Below, in pieces: positions 1 to 9,036 of a DNA stretch of 31,484 nucleotides (the stretch's first letter is position 1; every line of letters begins with the position of its first letter). The notes under the pieces are model-generated. The model was not told the DNA's origin. It saw nothing but the letters and a program-made list of their open reading frames with translations, and searched no databases. The stretch spans positions 1-31,484 of the forward strand of contig CALKEP010000065.1 of the NCBI GenBank assembly GCA_938084645.1. Reading direction: 5' to 3'. The position numbers and the translations under genes were made by a program. The DNA is from an uncultured Phycisphaerales bacterium (GTDB lineage: Bacteria > Planctomycetota > Phycisphaerae > Phycisphaerales > SM1A02).

Positions 1-1
1 G

Positions 2-841
2 GGTGGCGTGCGACCCGCCGGTGAGCGGGCGGAAGGCCTGCTGGCCGACGAAGGTGGCAAGGACCTCAAGCGACTCGTCGCCCGGGGTGACGCGGTGATG
101 GAGAGTCGGACGTGGAAGACGGCCGCGCGCCGCGGCGACCCTCGTCTCTTCCGGGTGGAGGGAGCGCACGTCGAGTATCTCGTGGCGACGCGGGAGGCGC
201 TCGTCGACGGCGCGGGCGGCCTGCTGGTCCATGACCCCGAGTCCTCCGCCAAGCCGGAGGATCGCGGCCCCGCCTCGACCGCGGGATTCGGGATCGACGG
301 GACGAGTCGATTCCGGTGGGCGCGTCGAATGACCATGAATCGCGAGGTCGACGATCGATATCTCGTCGTCATGGAACGCGAGGTCGAGGTGCTTCACGCG
401 GGACTCAAGCCCGAGGACACCCTCTCGCTCACCGCGGACCGACTCGAAGTCACGATCGAACGTCCCGACGACACGCCGGCGGGGGCGGACGCGAAGGTGG
501 CGGCCGGGGACGGAGGCCAGGTCGAGGGCCGGGATGCGGAGGCGACCTCGAAGCCGAATCCGCTCGCGTCGGGCGGCGTCGAACTCGGTGGGCCTGCAGA
601 CCTGGTCCGGGTGCGAGGAATCGGACGGGTCTTCGTTCGGACGCCCGAGCACGACGTGGAATGCTCGGAGTTCGACTACAACGTCGATACCCAGATCGCG
701 ATGCTTCGGGCCGACCCGGGGCGGGTCGTGACCGTCCAGTCGAAGGGGGCGGCGACGCCGATTCGCGCCGAGCGGGTCCAGTGGGACCTGCGAACGGGGC
801 GGATCCGGATCCTCGGCGGCGAAGGCGCCATCTCCCGCTGA
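2..841 (+). CDS. Hypothetical protein, 5'-truncated by window edge; C-terminal part of a probable OstA/LptA-like beta-rich envelope protein
   Basis: Frame is open from base 2 to TGA at 839-841 with normal GC3-rich codons. Repeated beta-strand motifs (LTADRLEVTI, VECSEFDYNVDTQIAML, IRAERVQWDLRTGRIRI) resemble OstA/LptA beta-taco repeats. The family call is tentative. Confidence 0.55.
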   Translation, partial: GGVRPAGERAEGLLADEGGKDLKRLVARGDAVMESRTWKTAARRGDPRLFRVEGAHVEYLVATREALVDGAGGLLVHDPESSAKPEDRGPASTAGFGIDGTSRFRWARRMTMNREVDDRYLVVMEREVEVLHAGLKPEDTLSLTADRLEVTIERPDDTPAGADAKVAAGDGGQVEGRDAEATSKPNPLASGGVELGGPADLVRVRGIGRVFVRTPEHDVECSEFDYNVDTQIAMLRADPGRVVTVQSKGAATPIRAERVQWDLRTGRIRILGGEGAISR

Positions 842-893
842 GAGCGCTCGGTGTGCCGTGGCCTCGGGCCTCGGATCTCCGGGCTTCTCGGCT

Positions 894-2498
894 TCAAGGT
901 CCCGGGCAGACGCCCCAGGCGCCGATCATCCAGCCCAGGTCCGCACTGCTCACCACGCCGTCGGCGTTGAGATCCGCCGGCGTCCTCGGCGGAACTCGTC
1001 CCCATGCCAGAAGAAGGGTCGCGACATCGGCGGAGTCCACCGTGCCGTCGCCGTCGAGGTCGGCGGGGCAGCCGGCGCCGGGAACGAGAATGACTTCGAA
1101 GAGCTGATTCGATGCGAACGTGTCCGGAAAGGTCACGATGCCCTGTCCGTTGGCGACGATCCCGCCGTAGAGATAGGCCACCGAGGTCGGTTCGGTGATC
1201 GCATCGAGATCGATCTGCCGGCTTGATGCGTCGACGAGCGGAATGGTCAGGGTCTCCGTGCCGTTGAACCAGACGTTTCCGTCTTCATCCGTGCTCATGG
1301 GGTACGAGGTGCCGATGAGATGCTGGCTCCACGAATCGGTGTCGGGGGCGTACCGGACCGCGAGCGTTTCGTTCGAATAGGGAATGCTGTAGTTCTCGAC
1401 CAGCGTGCCCTCCGCGAGCACCTGAAAGCCCAGTCCTCCGAAGGTCAGGAACCAGTTCTCGCGGCGCAACTCCGACCAGAGGGAGAGTCTTCCCGACTCG
1501 TACGCATTGAAGCCCTGAAGGAGCGTTCCCGGCGCATCGGGATCCCCCATCGACATGTCGCCCTGCGGATCGATCACGATCGGCGCCGTCCAGATGCCTT
1601 CCTCCAGCGTGAACACGCCGGCCAGCGCCACCGCGCCGTCGCCTCCGGGGACCACGGCGGGCAGGACGTTGAGGTCTCGCCGGCGAGCCCAGGCCGGCGG
1701 CGACGCGGTTTCGCCGAGATAGATCGGCAGGCTGTCGGGACGGGATGCGTCGAGCGCGAACCGCCGGATGCTCTTGGTGTAGACCTGGCTGGTTCCGATG
1801 GAAGGGCAGACGTTCAGGTCGACGTACCCGCCCTGGAAGTTCTGGCCGAGGCAGGACCAGAACTCGTCGCCGTTCTCGATCAGAACGCCGCCGCAGATCG
1901 TGAAGAAGTCGGGCGGGGCGTCTTTCGGTGCCTCGTGGAAGCGGATGTGGTCGGCGAGCTGGGTCCGATCGCCGCGAACCCAGCCGATGACGCCGGCCAC
2001 GTCGAGGACGCGAAGCGTCGAGAACGTGACGTAGTCGCCGTCCGCATCGACGCCATACCCACCGATGCTCACGAGCCGCTCGCCCGACTGGTGCGCGAGG
2101 GAGTTGCTCGAGGAGAGGGACGCGATCTGGTTCGGGGTCAGCCCGGACGCGGCGTCGGCGAGCGGCCGGGTGAACGTGTCGCGGGTCTTGAAGTCCACCA
2201 CCATGAGCGCGCCGTTGAAATCGGCTGCGGGCCAGTTCACATCGGGGTCGCAGGTGAAGTTGTGGAGCCCGGAGGTCTTGCCACCGACCAGTAGCAGCTG
2301 CTCGTCCAGCATCGCGTAGGCCGCGGAATGAATGGCGGGAAGATCGTCGCCGATCCAGTCGACGAGTTCCATCTCGACCCGGAACGGGACGCCTCCAGCC
2401 ACCAGCGGGGAGATCGTGTCGGTCTGGTTCTGGGTGAACGCGGGGGCGGCGATGACGACCGCGGCCATCGCCGCGGCGGATCCAGATCTTCGTTTCAT
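894..2498 (-). CDS. Secreted hypothetical protein (kelch/beta-propeller-like) with C-terminal dockerin-like EF-hand pair
   Basis: Start reassigned to ATG 2498 (MKRRSGSAAAMAAVVIAAPAF signal peptide; CAGGAG RBS at 2505-2510 on minus). The C-terminus is CPADLDGDGTVDSADVATLLLAWG...PADLNADGVVSSADLGWMIGAWGVCP. Confidence 0.8.
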   Translation of the reverse strand: MKRRSGSAAAMAAVVIAAPAFTQNQTDTISPLVAGGVPFRVEMELVDWIGDDLPAIHSAAYAMLDEQLLLVGGKTSGLHNFTCDPDVNWPAADFNGALMVVDFKTRDTFTRPLADAASGLTPNQIASLSSSNSLAHQSGERLVSIGGYGVDADGDYVTFSTLRVLDVAGVIGWVRGDRTQLADHIRFHEAPKDAPPDFFTICGGVLIENGDEFWSCLGQNFQGGYVDLNVCPSIGTSQVYTKSIRRFALDASRPDSLPIYLGETASPPAWARRRDLNVLPAVVPGGDGAVALAGVFTLEEGIWTAPIVIDPQGDMSMGDPDAPGTLLQGFNAYESGRLSLWSELRRENWFLTFGGLGFQVLAEGTLVENYSIPYSNETLAVRYAPDTDSWSQHLIGTSYPMSTDEDGNVWFNGTETLTIPLVDASSRQIDLDAITEPTSVAYLYGGIVANGQGIVTFPDTFASNQLFEVILVPGAGCPADLDGDGTVDSADVATLLLAWGRVPPRTPADLNADGVVSSADLGWMIGAWGVCPGP

Positions 2499-2577
2499 GA
2501 CTTTCTCCTGACTTCCGAATGTATCCGAGCGAACTCCGGATTCCACCCAATTCAGGCCGGAGCAGGGGAGTTCGCCG

Positions 2578-3357
2578 TCAAAGCTCGGTCCGAATCGTCC
2601 AGAGGTCGGGAAACAGCGGTTGGAACAGGGTCTTTTGAAGGTACCCCACGCCCGGCGACCCACCGGTGCCGCGCTTGAACCCGATCGTCCGCTCGACCAT
2701 CTTCACGTGTCGATATCGCCATTCCTGGATGCCCTCGTCGAGATCGACCAGCAGCTCGCAGAGGCCTCGGAGCCTCGGCAGTTCGTGATACATGCGGATG
2801 AGTTCCGGAAGCATCGCTTCGCAGGCCCGGGTCGGCTCGGTCCCCTCGGCGAACGCTTCGGCCGGAACCTTCACGCCGTTGCGGGAGAGGAAGCCGAGCA
2901 CGCCCTCCCACACGGATGGCTCGAGGAGTCGGCGCTCGAGCGTTCGCCGTTCCTCGGACCCATCCGGATAGTTGGCCAGCGGGCGATCCCGCTTGTGACC
3001 GAGCATGAACTCCCACTCGCGGAACTGCACGCTCTGAAAGCCGCTCGAACTCGCGAGGAAGTCGCGAAACGAGAGGAACGAGACCGGCGTCATGGTCTCC
3101 AGCACGTCGATCTGGCCGACCATGGTCTTCAGAATCGTGAGGATCCGTCCGAGCGTCGCTTCCGCACCGATGAGATCGTCGGCGTCGAGCATCCCCCGAA
3201 GCCCCTCGGTTTCGTGGATCTGCTGCTTGAACCAGAGTTCATAGACCTGGTGGATGACGATGAACAGCATCTCGTCGTGTTCGGGTCCATCCGATTCGGG
3301 GACCTGAAGGGCGAGAAGTTCGGGAATGCGAAGATACGTCGAGTAGGTGAGTTCCAC
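2578..3357 (-). CDS. kynA: Tryptophan 2,3-dioxygenase
   Basis: Diagnostic motifs TYSTYL, HDEMLFIVIHQVYELWFK, SSGFQSVQFREWEF and WRYRHVKMVERTIGFKRGTGGSPGVGYL; GTG start. Confidence 0.96.
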   Translation of the reverse strand: MELTYSTYLRIPELLALQVPESDGPEHDEMLFIVIHQVYELWFKQQIHETEGLRGMLDADDLIGAEATLGRILTILKTMVGQIDVLETMTPVSFLSFRDFLASSSGFQSVQFREWEFMLGHKRDRPLANYPDGSEERRTLERRLLEPSVWEGVLGFLSRNGVKVPAEAFAEGTEPTRACEAMLPELIRMYHELPRLRGLCELLVDLDEGIQEWRYRHVKMVERTIGFKRGTGGSPGVGYLQKTLFQPLFPDLWTIRTEL

Positions 3358-3363
3358 GCGGGA

Positions 3364-3369
3364 ATGCTA
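3364..3369 (-). promoter_or_regulatory. Putative -10 box (TAGCAT) 6 nt upstream of the kynA start codon; leaderless-type promoter
   Basis: Minus strand reads TAGCAT-tcccgc-GTG and no SD is visible. Confidence 0.55.
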
Positions 3370-3381
3370 CGACGAACCGGA

Positions 3382-4950
3382 TCAGACCGCGCCGATGGCG
3401 TCCGCGACGGGCCGCCACGCACATGGTTCCTGAAGTCCGTGACGCTCGCAAAGGAGTCCCGAGGTGATCTGGGAGGACAGGAAGATCACCGGAAGTCCCG
3501 ATCCCGGGTGCGTGCCGCCGCCGACCAGCCAGACGCCGTCGACGTCCTCGAGCTTGTGCTGGGGTCGGCGATGGAGCATCTGGTCGAGCCCGTGGGCGAG
3601 ATTGAAGGTCGCACCCTGATTGATCCGCTCGTTCTTCCAGTCGATGGGCGTGACCATCTTCTCGGCCCGGATGCGTCCACGAACGTCCGGGATTCCGAAC
3701 ACGTCGCCGAGCTTGTCGAGCGTCGATTCCCGAAGGGCGGGCCCGGCGGTCTCCCAGTCGATGGTGCCACCGTCGTTCGGGGTCGGAACCAGGACGTAGA
3801 GGGACGTATCCCCCTCCGGGGCGAGGCTGGAGTCGATTCGCGAAGGGTTGTGCACGTAGGTCGACGCGTCCTCGGTGAGGCGGCCGGCGCCGATGTCCTC
3901 GAGATTCTCGCGGTAGGTTCGGGAGGTGTAGATCGTGTGGTGGGGCAGGTCCACCTCGCCCTCGAGGCCGAGGTAGAGCATGAACGTGCTGCAGGAGTAC
4001 TTCTTGGCGTCGATCTTCCGGTCCGACCACTTTCGACGGAGGTTCGCCGGGATCAGGTTCTTCATCGCCCAGGTGGCGTCCGCGTTCACCACGACTTCGT
4101 CGTAATCATGGCGTCCCGACTTCGACTGCAGCCCGGTGGCCCGCTTCCCGTCGAAGTCGATGGCCTCGACCGGATCGTCCAGCCGGATGCTCCCGCCGAG
4201 TTCCACGAAGACCTCGGCCATCGCGTCGATCAAGGCGTTGCACCCGCCCTTGGGATGCCAGACGCCGTACTCGTACTCGATGAACGGCAGGATCGAGAAG
4301 AGCCCCGGACATTCGAACGGGCTCATGCCGAGGTACTTGCTCTGGAAGGACAGGGCGAGCCGGACGTGCTCGTTCTTGAAGTAGCCGCTCAGATTGCCGT
4401 GCACCGACTGCCACGGCTTGAGGAGCGGGCCGACCTTCAAGGTGTCGAGCGTCATCAGGTCGAGGGGTGATCGGATCGGTCGCCGCAACAGGGGCGTCAT
4501 CAACTCGAGTTTGCGGCGGTTGTCGTCCATGAACCGGCGGAAGGCGGCGCCGTCGCCCGGTTCGATCGCATCGAGGGTCCGGGCCATGCGGTCGACGTCC
4601 TGCGTGGCGTCGACCTGCAGCGGATCCTGGTCCGGGCGACCGATCAGCAGTCGATACATCGGATCGAGCCGATGCAGTTCGGCGTGGTCGGCGAGCCGGC
4701 GGCCGCAGGCGGAGAAGATCTCCTCGAGGACCCACGGCATCATGAAGAAGGTCGGCCCCGTGTCGAAGGCGAAGTCACCGACCTGCGTGCGACGGGTGCG
4801 ACCCCCCAGCCTTGGTCGTGCTTCGTGGATCGTGACGTCGGCACCCGCGTGAGCCAGCAGCATGGCCGCGGAGAGGCCACCAGGACCTCCGCCCACCATG
4901 GCGATGCGGGGACGGCCGGATGTCGATCTCGTGGGGTCGGCTGCGATCAT
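3382..4950 (-). CDS. crtN: CrtI/CrtN-family carotenoid desaturase (C30 diapophytoene/squalene-route desaturase)
   Basis: FAD-binding VGGGPGGL..A, GGR, FDTGPTFF, LSFQSKYLGMSP, HPKGG, YVHNPS..D.SLAPEG and GGGTHPGSGLPVI; lies divergent from aldH-crtP-acyltransferase-GT2. Confidence 0.88.
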   Translation of the reverse strand: MIAADPTRSTSGRPRIAMVGGGPGGLSAAMLLAHAGADVTIHEARPRLGGRTRRTQVGDFAFDTGPTFFMMPWVLEEIFSACGRRLADHAELHRLDPMYRLLIGRPDQDPLQVDATQDVDRMARTLDAIEPGDGAAFRRFMDDNRRKLELMTPLLRRPIRSPLDLMTLDTLKVGPLLKPWQSVHGNLSGYFKNEHVRLALSFQSKYLGMSPFECPGLFSILPFIEYEYGVWHPKGGCNALIDAMAEVFVELGGSIRLDDPVEAIDFDGKRATGLQSKSGRHDYDEVVVNADATWAMKNLIPANLRRKWSDRKIDAKKYSCSTFMLYLGLEGEVDLPHHTIYTSRTYRENLEDIGAGRLTEDASTYVHNPSRIDSSLAPEGDTSLYVLVPTPNDGGTIDWETAGPALRESTLDKLGDVFGIPDVRGRIRAEKMVTPIDWKNERINQGATFNLAHGLDQMLHRRPQHKLEDVDGVWLVGGGTHPGSGLPVIFLSSQITSGLLCERHGLQEPCAWRPVADAIGAV

Positions 4951-5032
4951 GTCGATCGGTTCGCTTTCGGGGGGAGATGGATGCGTTCGGCGGTCGGATG
5001 CATCCGGATCGGTTCGGCGACGAAACGGCGGT

Positions 5033-5039
5033 TAGACTA
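5033..5039. promoter_or_regulatory. Overlapping bidirectional -10 elements (TAGACT on +, TAGTCT on -) between crtN and aldH
   Basis: TAGACTA in the 131-bp divergent intergenic region gives a TANNNT box on both strands. The aldH RBS GAGGAG is at 5069-5074. Confidence 0.5.
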
Positions 5040-5081
5040 CCCCAATCGAGTGGATGACCGGTCCATTCGAGGAGCTGAAGC

Positions 5082-6584
5082 ATGTCGACGGAACTGAGCG
5101 CCGCCGGGTTGGACGGACCCGTGGCGCCGGTAGTTCAGAATGACGATTCCCGGCGTGCCGCGCGGCCCGTCGCTTCCGATGCCGCCGCGCCGGGGGCTGA
5201 CACCGAGTCGGCCTCGACGAGAACATCGATCGTCGGGAACGGGCTGTCGCTCGTCGAGCGAAAGGCATGGTCCGGCCGATTTGGACGGCTGGTGGCCGCC
5301 GACCGTGCCCGGATCGGGGCGTTGGTGGCCGAGGAGATCGGAAAGCCGGAGTGGGAGACCCTGGTCGCGGAAGTGATGCCGCTGGTCGCGTCGGCCCGCT
5401 GGCACGCGCGCCGAGGTGGACGATTGCTCGCGGACCGACGCCTGCCGGGTCGCCCCTGGTGGATGTTCGGTCAGTCCGCGCGGGTCCGACGGGTTCCGCT
5501 CGGCCGGGTCGGAATCATCGCGACCTGGAACTATCCCATCCAGCTTCTCGGGATCCAGATCCTGCAGGCGGTGATGGCCGGCAACCGGGTCGTCGTCAAG
5601 CCCAGCGAACGCTCGCCTCGATCCCAGGCTCGACTGATCGAACTCGCTCGGGCCGCGGGGCTTCCCGACGGCGTGCTGGAGTCGACCGGCTCCGACCGCG
5701 AAGCCGGCGCCGCGTTGCTCGCGGATCCGGATCTCGACCATCTCGTGTTCACCGGTTCGACCTCCGTGGGACGGCGGGTGGCGGCCGCCGCCGCGGATCG
5801 CATGCTGCCCACCACGCTGGAACTCAGCGGATGCGACTCGGCGATCGTGCTCGCCGACGCGGACCCCGTGCTCGCCGCGCGGTCGATCTGGAACGCAGTG
5901 GTCTTCAACGCAGGACAGACGTGCATGGCGCCGCGACGGGTGCTCGTGCACGAGGACGTGGCCGCGGCGTTCGCCGCCGCGATCGTTCCCCTCGCGGCCG
6001 GCGCCGGACTCCGACCCATGGTCGACCTCGCCGCCGCGGAGCACCATCGTCGTCTCGTCGAAGATGCCGTGGCCCGCGGCGGAAGAATCGCCGCGATGTC
6101 TCCGGATCGGCACAACGATCTCCGGGTCCGTCCGCAGCTCGTGCTCGACTGCCCGGTCGAGGCCGAGGCCTTCTCCGCCGACCACTTCGGGCCGCTGCTC
6201 GCGGTCCGGGCGTGGCGTGAAGGAGGGGATCTGCTCGACCTTCATCGCCGTGGCGGGCGTCATCTCGCCACCGCGGTCTACACCCGAAATGAAGCGAACG
6301 CCGATCGGCTCGTGCCGAAGCTCGGGGGTGGACTGGTCACGATCAACGACTGCCTCGTCCCTTCGGCCCATCCCGCGACCTCCATCGCCCCGGTGGGCGA
6401 GAGCGGTTGGGGCGTGAGCCGCGGGATCGAAGGCCTGCTCGCGATGACCAGGCCGGTGATGGTCACGCGGACCGGTCGTCTCCGCCCGCCCACGGGCGAG
6501 CCGGATGCCCGGGCGAAGCGATTTCTCGAAGGACTGGTTCGATGGTGGGGGCGCGGCGTCGTGCCGCCCGCAGACGCCGACTGA
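5082..6584 (+). CDS. aldH: Aldehyde dehydrogenase family protein (AldH-like diapocarotenoid aldehyde dehydrogenase)
   Basis: IATWNYP, GNRVVVKPSE, FTGS, catalytic Glu in TLELSG and Cys in NAGQTC, GESGWG; carotenoid cluster context; GAGGAG RBS. Confidence 0.85.
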   Translation: MSTELSAAGLDGPVAPVVQNDDSRRAARPVASDAAAPGADTESASTRTSIVGNGLSLVERKAWSGRFGRLVAADRARIGALVAEEIGKPEWETLVAEVMPLVASARWHARRGGRLLADRRLPGRPWWMFGQSARVRRVPLGRVGIIATWNYPIQLLGIQILQAVMAGNRVVVKPSERSPRSQARLIELARAAGLPDGVLESTGSDREAGAALLADPDLDHLVFTGSTSVGRRVAAAAADRMLPTTLELSGCDSAIVLADADPVLAARSIWNAVVFNAGQTCMAPRRVLVHEDVAAAFAAAIVPLAAGAGLRPMVDLAAAEHHRRLVEDAVARGGRIAAMSPDRHNDLRVRPQLVLDCPVEAEAFSADHFGPLLAVRAWREGGDLLDLHRRGGRHLATAVYTRNEANADRLVPKLGGGLVTINDCLVPSAHPATSIAPVGESGWGVSRGIEGLLAMTRPVMVTRTGRLRPPTGEPDARAKRFLEGLVRWWGRGVVPPADAD

Positions 6585-6658
6585 ACCGACCCCGAGGGGT
6601 CGGATGTGATTTTCTGGAAATCCCGCTCATGCGGGGCCAGGCAACGGAGCCAAGACGA

Positions 6659-8251
6659 ATGTCGAAGGAACGAACTCGAGCCGTGGTGATCGGTGGAGGA
6701 CTGGCCGGACTCTCGGCCGCGGTCGAACTCCGGACCCGAGGGCTCGACGTCACGATCATCGATCGCAACAAGCACCTCGGCGGGAAGATGAACATCCTCG
6801 AGGAGAGCGGGTTCACCTTCGACATGGGGCCCACCATCCTCACGATGCCCCAGGTCATCCGCGGGATCATCGAGCGGACCGGACGGACCGTCTCGGACTA
6901 TGTCGACATCGTCGACCTCGATCCGCAGTGGCGGTGCATGTACGAGGACGGCACGGTGATCGATCTGCGGGGCGACGTCGACGTCATGGCGGCCGCCCTC
7001 GATCGGCAGTATCCGGGACAGGGCGTCGGTGCCGGCTGGAAGTCGTTCATCAACTACAGCCGACGGATGTACGGGCTCAGCGAGAAGGTCTTCTTCTACA
7101 AGGACATCGGCGGCATTCCCGACATGATGCGGGCGACGCCGACCACGGAGCCGGGCATTCTCAAGGACGTGCTCGCGATGCGGATGCACTCCACCGTGGG
7201 AAAGACGATCCTCAAGCACATCAAGGAGCCGCACGTCGCGCAGATGTGCGAGCACTTCCTGCAGTACGTCGGATCGAGTCCTTTCCTCGCCCCCGCGATC
7301 CTGACGCTGATCGCCGCGGCCCAGGCGGACCACGGCTGCTGCTACACGATGGGCGGCACCCGCAACATCGCCGGAAGCCTCGCCCGGATCCTCGAGGAGG
7401 AGGAGACCGAGATCATCCTCGGCAACGGGGTCGCCAGGATCATCCACGACGGCAAGCGAGCCACCGGCGTGGAACTCGAGAACGGCCGGATGATCGACGC
7501 GGACCTGATCGTGAGCAACTGCGACGTCCAGCGGACCTACCGCGATCTCATGGGCGACGACACGTCCTTGAACGAACAGGCCCGCATCGGACGTCGGTAC
7601 ACCCCGGCCTGCAGCGGCGTGGTCTTCTACCTCGGCCTGGATCGTCAGTACGACCATCTGCTCCACCACGACTTCCTCTTCAGCGAGGATCCCGCGTACG
7701 AGTTCGCGGACATCTACGATCGCGGGATTCCGGCCCGCGACCCGTCGGTCTATCTCGCGGTGCCGAGTCGAACCGATCCCGGACAGGCGCCGGAGGGTGG
7801 CGAGGCGCTCTACGCGTTGATCCACACCCCGTATCTTCGTCCCGGACAGGAATGGCACGGTCGCGGCGGTCTGCTCGAGCAGTACCGGCCGGTGATCATC
7901 GACAAGTTGAAGCGCATGGGGATGGAGGATCTCGAGTCCCACATCGTGGTCGAGAAGCACCTCACCCCCGAGGACATCGAGCGGATGTACAACGCGGAAG
8001 GCGGTGCCATCTACGGTCTCGCCAGTCACGGACGGCTCGCCGGCGGTTTCAAGCCCCGGAATCGGAGTCGCGTCCTGCGGAACCTGTATCTTGCCGGAGG
8101 CAGCGCGAATCCGGGGCCGGGTGTCCCGATGGTGCTGATGAGCGGCGTGACCGCCGCGATCGCCGCCGCCGAGGACCTCGGGATCGGTGACCCGCGTTCA
8201 TCCGGTTCGATGCAGGAGCAGGCATGTCCGGAACCGATGACGACGGGCTGA
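6659..8251 (+). CDS. crtP: Diapolycopene/diaponeurosporene oxygenase (CrtP/CrtNb family)
   Basis: VIGGGLAGL, HLGGKMN, FDMGPTILT, HFLQYVGSSP, CSGVVFYLGLD, GAIYGLASHG and GGSANPGPGVPMVLMSG. Start set at ATG 6659 (GGAG at 6646-6649); ATG 6629 is an alternative. Confidence 0.85.
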   Translation: MSKERTRAVVIGGGLAGLSAAVELRTRGLDVTIIDRNKHLGGKMNILEESGFTFDMGPTILTMPQVIRGIIERTGRTVSDYVDIVDLDPQWRCMYEDGTVIDLRGDVDVMAAALDRQYPGQGVGAGWKSFINYSRRMYGLSEKVFFYKDIGGIPDMMRATPTTEPGILKDVLAMRMHSTVGKTILKHIKEPHVAQMCEHFLQYVGSSPFLAPAILTLIAAAQADHGCCYTMGGTRNIAGSLARILEEEETEIILGNGVARIIHDGKRATGVELENGRMIDADLIVSNCDVQRTYRDLMGDDTSLNEQARIGRRYTPACSGVVFYLGLDRQYDHLLHHDFLFSEDPAYEFADIYDRGIPARDPSVYLAVPSRTDPGQAPEGGEALYALIHTPYLRPGQEWHGRGGLLEQYRPVIIDKLKRMGMEDLESHIVVEKHLTPEDIERMYNAEGGAIYGLASHGRLAGGFKPRNRSRVLRNLYLAGGSANPGPGVPMVLMSGVTAAIAAAEDLGIGDPRSSGSMQEQACPEPMTTG

Positions 8252-9036
8252 TCTCGGAGATTCGCTCTCCGCGCTTCCGCCGCTTCTTCGCCGGATACGC
8301 GGGGCGTCTGATCTCGAGGCGATTCCACGGCGTTCGTCTGCTGCGGGGGAGCAGGACGGTCATGGAGTCGCTGGCGTCCGCGCGGACCCCGGCGATCGCG
8401 TTGTTCACGCATGCCTCGTGGTGGGACCCGCTCGCCGGTCTCATGCTCTGGAATCGATTTCTGCCCGACCGCGACGTCTTCCTCCCGATGGAACGCGATC
8501 AATTGCAGCGGTTCAAGTTCTTTCGAAGGCTCGGGACGTTCGGGATCGATCCGGACGATCCGGTGTCGCTCGAACTGATGCGGGACCACGTACTGCATCG
8601 GTTCGCCGACCGGCCCGAGTCGCTCCTGGGACTGACGCCGCAGGGCCGGTTCACGGATCCACGGACCCCGATCCGACTTCGACCGGGGGCCGCGGCGATC
8701 GCCGCCGCCGTTCCGGGTACGCCCACCGTGGTGACGGTGGCCATCGAATACGTGTTCTGGCAGGACGCCCGCCCCGAGATGCTGGTCGCGGTCGAGGCGT
8801 GTGATCCGCCGACGGTCGACACCACCGCCGGTTGGCATCGGCGGATGTCGGAAGCCTTCACCGCCACGACCGAACGACTCTCGTCGGCGGCCATCGAGCG
8901 GGATCCGGACGCCTTCGAACTCGTCGCGGGCGGGGCCGCGAGGATCAATCCGGTGATGGATGCCTGGCTTCGGCTTCGCGGGAAGCAGGGCGGCATCGGT
9001 GCGACGCGTCGTGGTCCTTCCGAGGCGGCCGGATGA
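8224..9036 (+). CDS. Lysophospholipid (PlsC-family) acyltransferase, probable carotenoid-glycoside acyltransferase
   Basis: HxxxxD motif THASWWD, FFRRLGTFGID and PQG...LRPG; overlaps crtP by 28 nt and is ATGA-coupled to the GT2 gene. Confidence 0.85.
   Translation: MSGTDDDGLISEIRSPRFRRFFAGYAGRLISRRFHGVRLLRGSRTVMESLASARTPAIALFTHASWWDPLAGLMLWNRFLPDRDVFLPMERDQLQRFKFFRRLGTFGIDPDDPVSLELMRDHVLHRFADRPESLLGLTPQGRFTDPRTPIRLRPGAAAIAAAVPGTPTVVTVAIEYVFWQDARPEMLVAVEACDPPTVDTTAGWHRRMSEAFTATTERLSSAAIERDPDAFELVAGGAARINPVMDAWLRLRGKQGGIGATRRGPSEAAG

Noticed and set aside
894..1070. Cellulosome
   Set aside because: Dockerin-like tails are present, but there is no cohesin, scaffoldin or glycoside hydrolase in the window.
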